64,000 bases of DNA, taken from positions 6,551 through 70,550 of the forward strand of contig JAWODC010000082.1 of the NCBI GenBank assembly GCA_046483495.1, read 5' to 3'. The DNA comes from Desulfobacterales bacterium. GTDB taxonomy: Bacteria > Desulfobacterota > Desulfobacteria > Desulfobacterales > UBA5616. The translations under genes were made by a program, and so were the position numbers. The notes beneath the pieces are model-generated. The model saw only the letters and a program-made list of their open reading frames with translations, had not been told where the DNA came from and made no database searches. This document shows positions 52,595-62,739 of this stretch, piece after piece. Position 1 is the first letter of the stretch; each line of letters begins with the position of its first letter.

Positions 52595-53644
52595 ATGACA
52601 TCGTTTCACTACAAAAATGTGTTCATTGACGCCTTCGGGTATGAACTTGCGCCGAACGTGGTGACCTCCGAAGAATTGGAGCTGCGCCTCGAACCCGTTT
52701 ACAAGGCCCTGCGGCTTCAACAAGGAACCCTCGAAGCGGTTACCGGCGTCAGCGAAAGACGCTTCTGGGATCCGGATTTCAGTGTCGGCCGGGGGGCTGT
52801 GATGGCCGGGAAAAAGGCCCTTTTGCAATCCGCGGTGCCGGTTGAAGATATCGGCATGCTGATCTACGGCGGCGTTTGCCGGGATCATCTCGAGCCCGCT
52901 ACCGCCTGCGCCGTTGCCCATGGACTGGGGCTTACTTCCGATGCACTGGTGTACGACATTTCCAATGCCTGTCTGGGTGTGTTAAACGGCATGGTGGAAA
53001 TTGCCAATGCCATCGAATTGGGCGCAATCCGGGCCGGGATGGTGGTTTCCTGCGAATCGGCCCGGCAAATCATCGATGTGACCATTGACCGGCTTCTGGC
53101 CGAAAAGAACATGGATACGTTTAAAAAAACCGTCGCCACCCTCACCGGAGGCTCCGGAGCCGTCGCAGTAGTGCTGGCGGATGCATCGCTTTCCGGCAGC
53201 GGCAGGCGCCTTGCGGGCGGGGTCGCGAAAAGCGCAGCCGAGCACCATCCGCTGTGCACGTGGGGTCCGAATACCGGCATTCCCACGGCAGGTGATCAGG
53301 TCATGGAAACCGATTCGGCCGGGGTGCTCAAGCATGGCGTGGCCCTCGGCGTCGCCACCTACCATTATTTCAAGGTACAGATGGCACTGTCGGAAGACCG
53401 GCCGGATAAAATCATCTGCCACCAGGTCGGCGCAACCCATCAACGCACCATTCTGGGGGCCATTGACATCCCCGCTGAAAAGGATTTCACCACCTTTCGG
53501 CATCTTGGAAACATCGGAACCGTTTCCCTGCCCATTACCGCGGCAATCGGCAATGAACGGGGATTTCTCCAACCCGGAGATGCGGTCGGATTTCTCGGCA
53601 TCGGCAGTGGGTTGAACTGTTTGATGCTTCGGGTGGACTGGTAG
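52595..53644 (+). CDS. oleA: OleA acyl-CoA condensing enzyme (thiolase/FabH fold)
   Basis: LEPATA (Glu), SNACLG (Cys), ATLTGGSGA, HQVG, GIGSGLN; first gene of the oleABCD order. Confidence 0.9.
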   Translation: MTSFHYKNVFIDAFGYELAPNVVTSEELELRLEPVYKALRLQQGTLEAVTGVSERRFWDPDFSVGRGAVMAGKKALLQSAVPVEDIGMLIYGGVCRDHLEPATACAVAHGLGLTSDALVYDISNACLGVLNGMVEIANAIELGAIRAGMVVSCESARQIIDVTIDRLLAEKNMDTFKKTVATLTGGSGAVAVVLADASLSGSGRRLAGGVAKSAAEHHPLCTWGPNTGIPTAGDQVMETDSAGVLKHGVALGVATYHYFKVQMALSEDRPDKIICHQVGATHQRTILGAIDIPAEKDFTTFRHLGNIGTVSLPITAAIGNERGFLQPGDAVGFLGIGSGLNCLMLRVDW

Positions 53645-53647
53645 CCG

Positions 53648-54574
53648 ATGAGCACCCCGACGACCGCACGCCTGCCAAAAGAGGTTCGTGCGCTGTACCC
53701 TTTTCGATCCCGCTGGGTGACAGTTAACGGGTTTCGCTGCCACTATGTCGACGAAGGATCGGGAGATCCCGTGTTGATGGTTCATGGAAATCCCACGTGG
53801 TCCTTTTTTTTCAGAAAATTGATCGAGGGACTTTCCCCGTGCTATCGGGCAATTGCGCCGGACCATATCGGCTGCGGGCTGTCCGAAAAGCCCCATCCAC
53901 AGGCATATGATTTTCGCCTGTCCAGCCGGATTAACGACCTGCGGCAATTGATCGCATCCCTGAACCTGGACCGAAAACTCAGCCTGATTTTGCACGATTG
54001 GGGCGGCATGATCGGCATGGCGTATGCCGTCGCATATCCCGAGAACATCGGACGGATCGTGATCATGAACACCGCCGCATTTCCGCCGCCCACCGGGAAA
54101 TCCATTCCGCTGCGGCTTGAACTGGTGCGGCGCATCAGACCGTTTGCCGCACCGGCCGTGCTTGGATTGAATATATTCGCCAGGGCCGCACTGTACATGG
54201 CTGCCGCCAAAACGCTTGCCGCACCGGTAAAAAAAGGGCTTCTCGCACCTTACGATTCATGGCACAACCGGCGGGCGATCCTGAAATTCGTTCAGGATAT
54301 TCCCCTGTCGCCGAAGCATCCCAGCTATGCTGTGGTAAAGCAGACGGCGGAAAGCCTTCATTTGCTCGCTCGTATCCCTATACTGATTCTGTGGGGAAAA
54401 CGGGATTTCGTATTCGATCCCGACTATCTCGAAGCGTGGCAAAAACGATTTCCATCGGCATCCGTACATGTTTTCGACGATGCCGGCCATTACCTTTTAG
54501 AGGATGCACCGGAAGAGGCCCTTAACCATATCAGGCGATTTCTAGACCAAAACCCCTTGGATGACACATTATGA
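53648..54574 (+). CDS. oleB: OleB beta-lactone decarboxylase (haloalkane dehalogenase-like)
   Basis: HGNPTWSF, HDWGG Asp nucleophile, FVQDIP, AGHYLLED. Confidence 0.9.
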   Translation: MSTPTTARLPKEVRALYPFRSRWVTVNGFRCHYVDEGSGDPVLMVHGNPTWSFFFRKLIEGLSPCYRAIAPDHIGCGLSEKPHPQAYDFRLSSRINDLRQLIASLNLDRKLSLILHDWGGMIGMAYAVAYPENIGRIVIMNTAAFPPPTGKSIPLRLELVRRIRPFAAPAVLGLNIFARAALYMAAAKTLAAPVKKGLLAPYDSWHNRRAILKFVQDIPLSPKHPSYAVVKQTAESLHLLARIPILILWGKRDFVFDPDYLEAWQKRFPSASVHVFDDAGHYLLEDAPEEALNHIRRFLDQNPLDDTL

Positions 54575-56259
54575 GCGAAACGGCATCTCAAAAACCTTTT
54601 TTCAATATCGCATCCCGTCTCAAGGAGCAGGCCGTCCGCCGTCCTTACCGGCGTGCGGTGGTCGCGCCTTGCACACGGGACAGGAACGGACGTGTCGCTT
54701 ACACGCATTTGACCTTTCGGCAGCTGGACGAAGAGTCCGACGTCCTGGCACACGGACTCTCTCGCATCGGCATCACCCGGGGCACCCGAACGGTTCTGAT
54801 GGTCAAGCCGGGGATCGAATTTTTCGTGTTGACCTTCGCCCTGTTCAAAACCGGCGCCGTTCCGGTCGTAGTGGACCCGGGCATGGGAATCCGCCGCATG
54901 CTGCTGTGTTTAAAGGAAAGCGTGCCCAAGGCATTTATCGGCATCCCAAAAGCCCATCTCTTGAGAATACTCTACCCAAAGTATTTTACCACCGTCCAGA
55001 TCGGCGTTACCGTGGGCCGCAGATGGTTCTGGGGAGGACATGCCTATAAAAAGCTGACCGGATCGCTTGAAAAGCCCTATCACATGGCGAAAACCCGTCC
55101 AAACGACATGGCCGCCATCCTGTTTACCACGGGCAGCACCGGTCCGGCAAAAGGCGCCGTTTATACGCACGGCACGTTCGATGCGCAACTCGACACCATT
55201 CGGTCGTATTTCGAATTCGAAGATGATGAAATCGACCTGCCGACATTCCCGCTGTTTGCCCTGTTCGATCCCGCCCTCGGGATCACCGCCGTCATTCCGG
55301 ATATGGATCCCACGAAACCGGCCCGTGCAAACCCGGGAAAAATTTATGAGGCGCTGTACAACCAGGGCGCCACCAACATGTTCGCCTCACCGGCTTTGTT
55401 GCACCGGATCGAACGGTTCGGCACACGACATCATTTCAAACTTCCTGCCCTGCGCCGCGTAGTGTCGGCCGGAGCACCGGTTTCTCCCGCCATTCTTTCC
55501 CGGTTCACGCCGCTGCTGCACGAGACTAGTGAGATTCACACGCCCTATGGGGCGACGGAAGCGGTGCCCGTGGTCGCCATGGGCAGCAACGAGATTTTAT
55601 CGGAAACCGCGGGATTGAGCCAAAAGGGGTTTGGCCTGTGCGTGGGGCGTCCAATGCCCGGTATCGACGTTGAAATCATCACCATCACCGACAAGCCGAT
55701 TCAGTCCTGGTCGTACGACTTGTTGTCCGGTGATGGCGAAATCGGAGAAATCACCGTCAAAGGCGGACTCGTCTCGCAAACGTATTACAACCGCCCCAAG
55801 GCGGATGCGCTGGCAAAAATCGATGACGCCGGCTCTATTTGGCATCGGATGGGCGATCTCGGTTGGCGGGACAGCAAAGGGCGGATCTGGTTCTGCGGAC
55901 GAAAAAGCCATCGGGTGATCACCGAAAACGGCACCCTGTTCACGATTCCCTGCGAAGCGGTTTTCAACAACCATCCCCATGTGTTTCGAAGCGCCCTTGT
56001 GGGCGTCGGCCGGCGCCCTATGCAAAAACCCGTCATGGTCGTTGAATTGAAAAAACATTTCGGCAAGCCATCCAGGGGGAAAGTGAGACAGGAACTGCTC
56101 GATATAGCGGGAGAAAGCATATTGACGGAAAACATCGATACGGTTCTGTTTTACCGAAGTTTGCCCGTTGACATTCGGCACAACGCCAAAATAAACCGGG
56201 AAAAACTCGCTGTGTGGGCGGCCCGAAAGTTAAAGCAAAAGAATGGGAGGAAACGGTGA
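54571..56259 (+). CDS. oleC: OleC beta-lactone synthetase (ANL adenylating family)
   Basis: FTTGSTGPAKG, FPLFALF, TPYGATE, HRMGD, PVDIRHNAKI. Confidence 0.9.
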   Translation: MSETASQKPFFNIASRLKEQAVRRPYRRAVVAPCTRDRNGRVAYTHLTFRQLDEESDVLAHGLSRIGITRGTRTVLMVKPGIEFFVLTFALFKTGAVPVVVDPGMGIRRMLLCLKESVPKAFIGIPKAHLLRILYPKYFTTVQIGVTVGRRWFWGGHAYKKLTGSLEKPYHMAKTRPNDMAAILFTTGSTGPAKGAVYTHGTFDAQLDTIRSYFEFEDDEIDLPTFPLFALFDPALGITAVIPDMDPTKPARANPGKIYEALYNQGATNMFASPALLHRIERFGTRHHFKLPALRRVVSAGAPVSPAILSRFTPLLHETSEIHTPYGATEAVPVVAMGSNEILSETAGLSQKGFGLCVGRPMPGIDVEIITITDKPIQSWSYDLLSGDGEIGEITVKGGLVSQTYYNRPKADALAKIDDAGSIWHRMGDLGWRDSKGRIWFCGRKSHRVITENGTLFTIPCEAVFNNHPHVFRSALVGVGRRPMQKPVMVVELKKHFGKPSRGKVRQELLDIAGESILTENIDTVLFYRSLPVDIRHNAKINREKLAVWAARKLKQKNGRKR

Positions 56260-57287
56260 TGGGCCGACCGGAAACATGCCTGGTAACCGGCGGCGGCGGT
56301 TTCCTGGGAAAGGCAATTGTCAAGCAGCTGCGCCGCCGCGGTCATGCCGTGGTCAGCTTTTCCCGAGGTGATTACCCGGAGCTTGCCGCCATGGGCGCTG
56401 CGCACATGACGGGCGATCTATGTGACCGGGCGGCCGTGGAAAACGCCTGCCAAGGTGTGGATGTCGTATTTCACACTGCAGCCAAGGCAGGCGTCTGGGG
56501 CGCATATGACGGCTATTTCCGGACCAACGTGATCGGCACGGACCATATCATCGACGCCTGCAGAAAGCATCGGGTAAGCCGCCTGATTTACACCAGTTCG
56601 GCAAGCGTCATTTACAACGGGAAAAACATGGCCGGAAACGACGAATCCCTCCCCTATCCCCGCCGGCATCTAAGCCGTTACGCCAAAACAAAAGCACTTG
56701 CCGAACAGCGCATCATCGCAGCATCCGATGAACACCTGCGGACGCTGGTGCTCAGGCCGCACCTGATCTGGGGACCGGAGGACAGCCAACTGGTGCCGCG
56801 CATCATCGAAAGGGCGAACCGGCTCGCGGTGGTGGGACAGGGAAACAACATCGCCGACACCATTTACATCGACAATGCCGCCGAAGCACATGTCCTGGCC
56901 GCTGACAAACTGTTGGACAACCCCGGCCTGTCCGGCAGGGTTTACTTCATCAGCCAGGATGACCGGGTGCCCGTCTGGGAAATGATCAACCGGATACTGG
57001 CCGCCGCCGGCCGGCCGCCGGTCAGGCGCCGTGTACCGGCATTTGCGGCATGGATCATCGGCGGCCTGATGGAAATGATCTATGCGGCGGCACGCATCGA
57101 CCGCGAACCGCCGATGACCCGCTTTGTAGCCCGGGAATTGTCCACTTCCCATTGGTATGACATCAGCGCGGCGAAGCGGGACCTGGGCTTCTTTCCTCGC
57201 ATATCGACAAAAGAGGGATTGAACCGCCTTCGCGATTGGCTGCAGGATACATCCGTTACCGGTCCTCCGGCTGTGCCGTCAGGATAG
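56259..57287 (+). CDS. oleD: OleD 2-alkyl-3-oxoalkanoate reductase (extended SDR / 3beta-HSD family)
   Basis: TGGGGFLG, AAKAGVWG, YAKTK, LRPHLIWG; TGATG overlap with the oleC stop. Confidence 0.9.
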   Translation: MGRPETCLVTGGGGFLGKAIVKQLRRRGHAVVSFSRGDYPELAAMGAAHMTGDLCDRAAVENACQGVDVVFHTAAKAGVWGAYDGYFRTNVIGTDHIIDACRKHRVSRLIYTSSASVIYNGKNMAGNDESLPYPRRHLSRYAKTKALAEQRIIAASDEHLRTLVLRPHLIWGPEDSQLVPRIIERANRLAVVGQGNNIADTIYIDNAAEAHVLAADKLLDNPGLSGRVYFISQDDRVPVWEMINRILAAAGRPPVRRRVPAFAAWIIGGLMEMIYAAARIDREPPMTRFVARELSTSHWYDISAAKRDLGFFPRISTKEGLNRLRDWLQDTSVTGPPAVPSG

Positions 57288-57332
57288 CCGCGGCCGTATC
57301 GACGAACAGGCTGCAACCGCAACCCGGCGGCC

Positions 57333-58583
57333 TCAGTCCACCGTCATCGCCGCTTCAACGTTTGCATTCATTTTCCGAAGCGAAGTGCTGAAAAAAAAGA
57401 ACAAAAAGGCAACGGTCATGGCCATCAGCGATGCCGACCCTACGGCCAGCGGGGCGCCGTAAACTTCCGCCAAAGCCGCCACCGGAAAAGTCCCCAGCAG
57501 GGGAAGTGAAAAGGACATCATCAGAAAGCTCGATATCCTGCCCCGAATATGATCCGGAATGATCAACTGGATCGCCGTGTTGTTGAACGTCGCAAAAATG
57601 CTCGCAAAAATGCTGGCCATAAAAACGAATGGAAGGGCCGGCACAAAGCGCGGACTGAATGCAAACGCCAGCAGAAAACCTCCGAACAGCGTCATGCTCA
57701 CCATCATCCATCCAAGCCGCCTTTTCGTATTCCCGATCGAGGCCACCCATACCGATCCGGCAACACCTCCGGCTCCGCCGAGGGCACTGAGTATGCCCAA
57801 CCCTTTGGAGCCGACATCCCAGACTTTTTCCGCGAACACCACCAAAAGGTTTTGAAACGGCATGGCAAGAAACATCGGAATCAGTCCGAACAGCAACAGG
57901 ATCAAGACGAGCCGGTTTTTCTGAACGTACACGAATCCATCGATGATGCTTCTGCCCACGGATGCCCGGCCGGCATGATCGGAAACCGGAGCACCGGCCA
58001 CGCGGAACATACAGAGAATGCCCACACCGAAAAGCAGCACACCCAAGAAATACGTGGTGGCAACCCCCACGGCATCGATCAAAAAGCCCGCCGCCGCAGG
58101 CCCGATAATCCGGGTGGTGTTCATCCCGGCCATATTGATGCCGAAAGCCCGGCCCAACCCGAATTTCCCCACGATATTGACGACAATGGCCGTTCGTGCC
58201 GGCATGATAAACGGGAAAACGCATCCCATCAGAACGGCTCCGCACAACAGATGCCAGAATTGCACGAGGTCGAACAATACCAGCAGGGCGATGACAAGCT
58301 CGCTGAGCAGGACCAGTGACTGGCCGATGATAATCAGGGTTCGCCTGTCCATCCTGTCCGAGACGACGCCCCCGAGAGGGGCGATGAAGAACATGGGCAC
58401 CGCAATGGCGACCATTACCGCACCAAGCGCGAGCTCGCTTCGCGTCAGGTCGAACGCCAGCCAGGCCCGTACGACCCCCTGGCTGCCCATGGCGAAAAAG
58501 AAGGCCATGTTGCTGCCGAAAAGCCAGCGAAACTGGGAAGATCGAAGGGGGGAAATCTCATGTGAAACAGATGGCTTCATCAA
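57333..58583 (-). CDS. MFS transporter (DHA3/H+ antiporter-like)
   Basis: GGVVSDRMDRR motif A, about 12 TM segments, RGRISS. Confidence 0.88.
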   Translation of the reverse strand: MMKPSVSHEISPLRSSQFRWLFGSNMAFFFAMGSQGVVRAWLAFDLTRSELALGAVMVAIAVPMFFIAPLGGVVSDRMDRRTLIIIGQSLVLLSELVIALLVLFDLVQFWHLLCGAVLMGCVFPFIMPARTAIVVNIVGKFGLGRAFGINMAGMNTTRIIGPAAAGFLIDAVGVATTYFLGVLLFGVGILCMFRVAGAPVSDHAGRASVGRSIIDGFVYVQKNRLVLILLLFGLIPMFLAMPFQNLLVVFAEKVWDVGSKGLGILSALGGAGGVAGSVWVASIGNTKRRLGWMMVSMTLFGGFLLAFAFSPRFVPALPFVFMASIFASIFATFNNTAIQLIIPDHIRGRISSFLMMSFSLPLLGTFPVAALAEVYGAPLAVGSASLMAMTVAFLFFFFSTSLRKMNANVEAAMTVD

Positions 58584-59656
58584 TTGGGGCCCGGAGCCGA
58601 TCGGATATACACATCCCGCTGAGGAAATGGTATTTGGATGTCCTCCGTCTGAAATCGTTTATAGATCCCGGTATTCAATGCATGCATTATTCTGCCTCTG
58701 TGGACAGGCCTTTCCACCCAGCACAGCAGTTCGTGATCGAGGCTCGAATCCCCGAAAGACCGGAAACGCACCCGGGGTTCGGGAATGCTGCAGACCTCCG
58801 GCAGGTTTTTGGCAACATCCAGAAGGACCTCGTGGACTTTCTCGATATCCGAGCCGTAGGCTACACCGACTTTCACCCGGATTCGGTACTTTTCGTGGGG
58901 GCCGCCCGCTTCATTGATGATCTTCGTATTCCCCATGATGGAATTTGGAATAGTGATTTCGACATCATCCCGTGTCAGCAGCCGTGTGCTGCGTATGCCG
59001 ATATCCGTCACTTCACCCCGTTCTCCGGTATCGAGCACGATGTAGTCACCAACCTTGTAGGGAGCATCCGCTACGATGAAAATGCCGGAAAACAGGTTGG
59101 CCAAGGTGTCTTTGGCCGCAAACGAAATCGCCAACCCGATGATGCCGGCAGACGCCATCCAGGCGGTGACGTCGATTTCCCATGCCAGAAAAATAAAATA
59201 AATGGAAAGCGCTATGACGACAATCATCAGGAGATTGTTATACAGCGGCAGGGTATTCTCCTGAATCAGTGTGAACCGGCGGTTGTCCCGGCTGATCTGG
59301 CGTAAAATCAGCTTTAAAAACCGTATGGCGGCAACGGTCCACAAAAGAATCGCCACGGTTTTCAATGCACCGAACGTCAACGAATGAATCATTCCCGGAA
59401 GGGACATTCGCTCGGCCGCCAGCGCCAGCCCGAACAGCATAATGCTTGCAAAGACAGGGGTGTGAAAGATGGCCAATACCTGATCATCCAGGGTAAACCG
59501 GGTCTTTTTTACCCATTTGGATAAAATTCGGGTGATGACCACGTCCAGTATTTTGGCTGCGGCATAGAACAGAATAACGATCAGAACGGCCTGAAGATAG
59601 GGATTCGGGGCGATCCTGGCGATATGGTCCACCCACGTGTCAATGGTCGATGTCAT
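58580..59656 (-). CDS. mscS: Small-conductance mechanosensitive channel
   Basis: GLAISFAAKDTLANLFSG, GEVTDIGIRST, IPNS, IPFPQRDV; start at ATG 59656. Confidence 0.92.
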   Translation of the reverse strand: MTSTIDTWVDHIARIAPNPYLQAVLIVILFYAAAKILDVVITRILSKWVKKTRFTLDDQVLAIFHTPVFASIMLFGLALAAERMSLPGMIHSLTFGALKTVAILLWTVAAIRFLKLILRQISRDNRRFTLIQENTLPLYNNLLMIVVIALSIYFIFLAWEIDVTAWMASAGIIGLAISFAAKDTLANLFSGIFIVADAPYKVGDYIVLDTGERGEVTDIGIRSTRLLTRDDVEITIPNSIMGNTKIINEAGGPHEKYRIRVKVGVAYGSDIEKVHEVLLDVAKNLPEVCSIPEPRVRFRSFGDSSLDHELLCWVERPVHRGRIMHALNTGIYKRFQTEDIQIPFPQRDVYIRSAPGPN

Positions 59657-59696
59657 ATGTGTTCCTTTTATAGGTGGTCCGGCAGTATCCGGAAAT

Positions 59697-60398
59697 TCAA
59701 ACGGGTTTGCGCGCCGTAAGAACGGCCGCAGGGCTCGACGCCGGGTCGAACGGATTTTTTTTGAAATCCCCGAACCGATCCACAACGGCCATGCCGGATG
59801 CGGTCAGGCCCGACACCATATCCGCCATGTATTTCGGGTGCAGCATGTCGGACCATTCGCCGATAACGGTTTCACCTTTTTTCAAGCAGGTCTTGAATAC
59901 CACCGCATCATCTTCGGCGGCTTCATAAGCCCGGTGAAAGGTCCGGCCGTCCGAGAGGTGTTTTACATCAAAATCGACGTTTTCCGTCAAGCGATATTTG
60001 TCCCAGTTGACGACCTGGACAATGAAATAGGCCCCGGTATCCAACAGCCGATAAAGTGTGCGGTAAAAATCCGTCATCATTTCGGGTTGGAGGTATGAAA
60101 GGCTGTTCCCGATGCAGTACGCGCAGGAAAACCCCCCGTTCAACCGGTCGATTTGGGTAAACGACAGCTGATGAAATGTTCCTCGATTCCGTTGCACGGC
60201 CGTTTTAATCATCTCGGGATTGTTGTCAATGCCGACCGCCTCATAGCGGGATGCCAGCGCATCGACATAATCACCCGGCCCGCAGCCAAGATCCAGAACC
60301 CTGGTGCCGGGTTCCCCAAGATATTCGGTAATGAAAACCAGAAAAGCGTGGTTCAACGGAAAAATTTCAAGGTAAACATCCGCAATTTCGCTGTACAT
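59697..60398 (-). CDS. Class I SAM-dependent methyltransferase
   Basis: VLDLGCGPG, CIGNSLSYL. Confidence 0.88.
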   Translation of the reverse strand: MYSEIADVYLEIFPLNHAFLVFITEYLGEPGTRVLDLGCGPGDYVDALASRYEAVGIDNNPEMIKTAVQRNRGTFHQLSFTQIDRLNGGFSCAYCIGNSLSYLQPEMMTDFYRTLYRLLDTGAYFIVQVVNWDKYRLTENVDFDVKHLSDGRTFHRAYEAAEDDAVVFKTCLKKGETVIGEWSDMLHPKYMADMVSGLTASGMAVVDRFGDFKKNPFDPASSPAAVLTARKPV

Positions 60399-60432
60399 AG
60401 GCGACTCCGAACGGCGGTTCACCGGCGGGCAT

Positions 60433-61446
60433 TCAAGCGTCCCGGCGGGGTTTGATTCCCATCATAATGCCTGATTCCGCGGGACTCCGGTACGGAATGC
60501 GCTTGATATTCCCTATCCCGGCTTTTTCGAGCATGGCGGCGATTTCGTTTTCCGAGTAGGACTGCCCGCCCTGGGTCCCCAACAGCATGTTCAGGGAGAA
60601 CAGAGCGGGAAACAACGGGGCGTCTCTGGAATCGTTCAAGATAAAATCGTGGATGAGCACCATGCCGCCGGGTTCCAGCACATCAACGGCCTTTTGAATG
60701 ATCCCTTGACAGTCCGCGGGGCTTTCGCCGTGCAAAATGTGAGAAAGCCACACCACATCATACCTGCCCTCGATCGGGTCGCTGTGGTAATTGCCGGACT
60801 GGAAATCGACACGATGCCGCCGGTTGAACCGTGAGATGATGTTTTCCGCAAAGGGGCGCGTCGCAGGGAGGTCATACACCGTGGCCCTGAGCCCGGGATT
60901 CTGTTTAGAAAAATGAACGGCATACGTGCCGGGGCCCCCTCCCAGGTCCAACAAGTGCTTTTTGTCGGACAAATCAAGGACCTCAACGATGTGAGGCGCC
61001 AATTCCATGGCGTTGTTGAACATTCCCATGAGAAAACTTTCAAGCCGCTCCTCATCGGTGAAGTGGATGCGGGGACGAACCGGTTTGCCTGACACGACGG
61101 CTTCATCCAGGCGGGACCACGATTCGACCAAATGGTGATGGTGCATGATCATGTATCCCACATACCGCGGTGACGTTTTGACGAGAAAAAGGCCGGATTC
61201 CTCCGTGTTGACGAATCGATCCTCCTTTTTTTCAAGCAGGTCCATGGCACAGAGGGCGTTAAGCAGCATGGAAAGGCCGCGCGGATCGGCGCCCATTGAT
61301 TCGGCAAGTTGCGACAGTGTTTTTTCTTCTTTTCCGATTGCCGTGAATACATCCAGTTTAACCGCGGCGTGCAGGGTGCACGTCATCCAGTAGGAGCCGG
61401 AAATGGTCAAAAGCCGTCCCGGGTTCAACATGTCCGATGCCGTCAT
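60433..61446 (-). CDS. O-methyltransferase with N-terminal dimerisation domain
   Basis: AAVKLDVF, LLDLGGGPG, LSHILH. Confidence 0.9.
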   Translation of the reverse strand: MTASDMLNPGRLLTISGSYWMTCTLHAAVKLDVFTAIGKEEKTLSQLAESMGADPRGLSMLLNALCAMDLLEKKEDRFVNTEESGLFLVKTSPRYVGYMIMHHHHLVESWSRLDEAVVSGKPVRPRIHFTDEERLESFLMGMFNNAMELAPHIVEVLDLSDKKHLLDLGGGPGTYAVHFSKQNPGLRATVYDLPATRPFAENIISRFNRRHRVDFQSGNYHSDPIEGRYDVVWLSHILHGESPADCQGIIQKAVDVLEPGGMVLIHDFILNDSRDAPLFPALFSLNMLLGTQGGQSYSENEIAAMLEKAGIGNIKRIPYRSPAESGIMMGIKPRRDA

Positions 61447-61584
61447 TGCTTTTCCTCATGTGCGGCGCCCTGACCGGCGGCCGGTTCATCAATGAAGTTT
61501 ACAAGCCGTTTTCGCGCAAATATCAATTATCGGAAAACAACCGATTTGTCAAAAGGACATACCGGTGGGTAATCCGCATCGCCG

Positions 61585-62508
61585 TCAAGCTTTTATTTTC
61601 GCGTAGAGCGCTTCCACATCTTCCAATCGGCACAACTCCGAACCCGGTGTCATGACAGCCGCGGCACCGGCGGCCACCCCGTACCGGACGGCATCCATGA
61701 AGGGTCGCCCCTGCGCCAGCTTCAGCGTAATGCCGGCCACCGTACTGTCCCCGGCGCCGACCTTGCTTTGTATCTTCACGGCGGGGGCCCTGACCCGTTC
61801 GATGCCCTCGGGCGAGGCCGCAAGCACGCCGGCCGCACCGAGAGAAATGACGACGTAGCGGCTTCGCCCTCGATCGATCAGAGATCGCGCGAACGCTTCC
61901 TGGCGGGATTCATCCTCTAAATCTTCCCCGGCCAGCGTCCTGAGTTCCGTCATATTGGGCTTAATCAGAAACAAGCCCTCCTGCACACTTTTTACAAGAG
62001 CCTCTCCGGAAGTGTCCACAATCAATTGTGCACCGGCCTCGCTGCATTTGCGGGCCAGTTGACCGAAAAAATCATCAGGGACACCCTTGGGAAGGCTTCC
62101 GCTTGCCACGAGAAATTCGGGAGAATCCAACTCGAAAACGCCATCGAGGCACATGCGCCACTCCTTTTCCGTCATCTCCGGGCCGGGCATGCCGAACCGG
62201 AACTGCCGCTGCGTATACTCTTCGTAAATCATAAGGTTTTCGCGGGTAAACCCGTCTATCGGCAGCGGGTGATGATTCAGGCCTTCGGCATCGAGCAGGC
62301 TTTTGAACAAATCACCCGGAGGGCCGCCTGAGGGATAAACCGCCAGTGTTTTCCCGCCCAGACGTGCAATGGCCCTTGAAACATTGATTCCGCCGCCCCC
62401 CGGTTCGAAAACCGGCGGTCTGCATCGGATTTTGCGGTCCGCGACCACGTGGCCGACGGCGCTGCTCTTGTCGATTGCGGGATTCATCGTAAACGTGACG
62501 ATCTGCAT
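61585..62508 (-). CDS. pfkB: 1-phosphofructokinase/PfkB-family hexose kinase
   Basis: TMNPAID, PGGGGINVSR, IKPN, VGAGDS. Confidence 0.85.
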   Translation of the reverse strand: MQIVTFTMNPAIDKSSAVGHVVADRKIRCRPPVFEPGGGGINVSRAIARLGGKTLAVYPSGGPPGDLFKSLLDAEGLNHHPLPIDGFTRENLMIYEEYTQRQFRFGMPGPEMTEKEWRMCLDGVFELDSPEFLVASGSLPKGVPDDFFGQLARKCSEAGAQLIVDTSGEALVKSVQEGLFLIKPNMTELRTLAGEDLEDESRQEAFARSLIDRGRSRYVVISLGAAGVLAASPEGIERVRAPAVKIQSKVGAGDSTVAGITLKLAQGRPFMDAVRYGVAAGAAAVMTPGSELCRLEDVEALYAKIKA

Positions 62509-62688
62509 GGTTTGCCTCCGGGTAAGTTTTCATTCCGGTCTCCGTTTTCAGTCCTTGGCCCATGATAGAAAACTTCTTTCCGGATTTCCAATAGGTGAAA
62601 ATATGTATTTGTAACAATTGAGGAAACGAAATGTGGAAACAGTGGTGCAGAGGTGGGGATCGGCATCTCGTGGTTAGAAAAATGTCGG

Positions 62689-62726
62689 TTTCGGAGCGGG
62701 CGCTGACCCAAAGTCCCGCTCCGAAA
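62689..62726 (-). terminator. Hairpin after the DUF1329 gene
   Basis: TTTCGGAGCGGG ... CCCGCTCCGAAA 12-bp stem. Confidence 0.65.
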
Positions 62727-62739
62727 TCAGGAGAACACG

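Noticed and set aside
50669-53995. Long - strand ORFs (311 aa, 337 aa) opposite pfaBC/oleAB, and similar shadows elsewhere (6562-7485, 20426-21268, 63106-63948)
   Set aside because: They fully overlap well-supported genes and are expected from GC-rich codon usage
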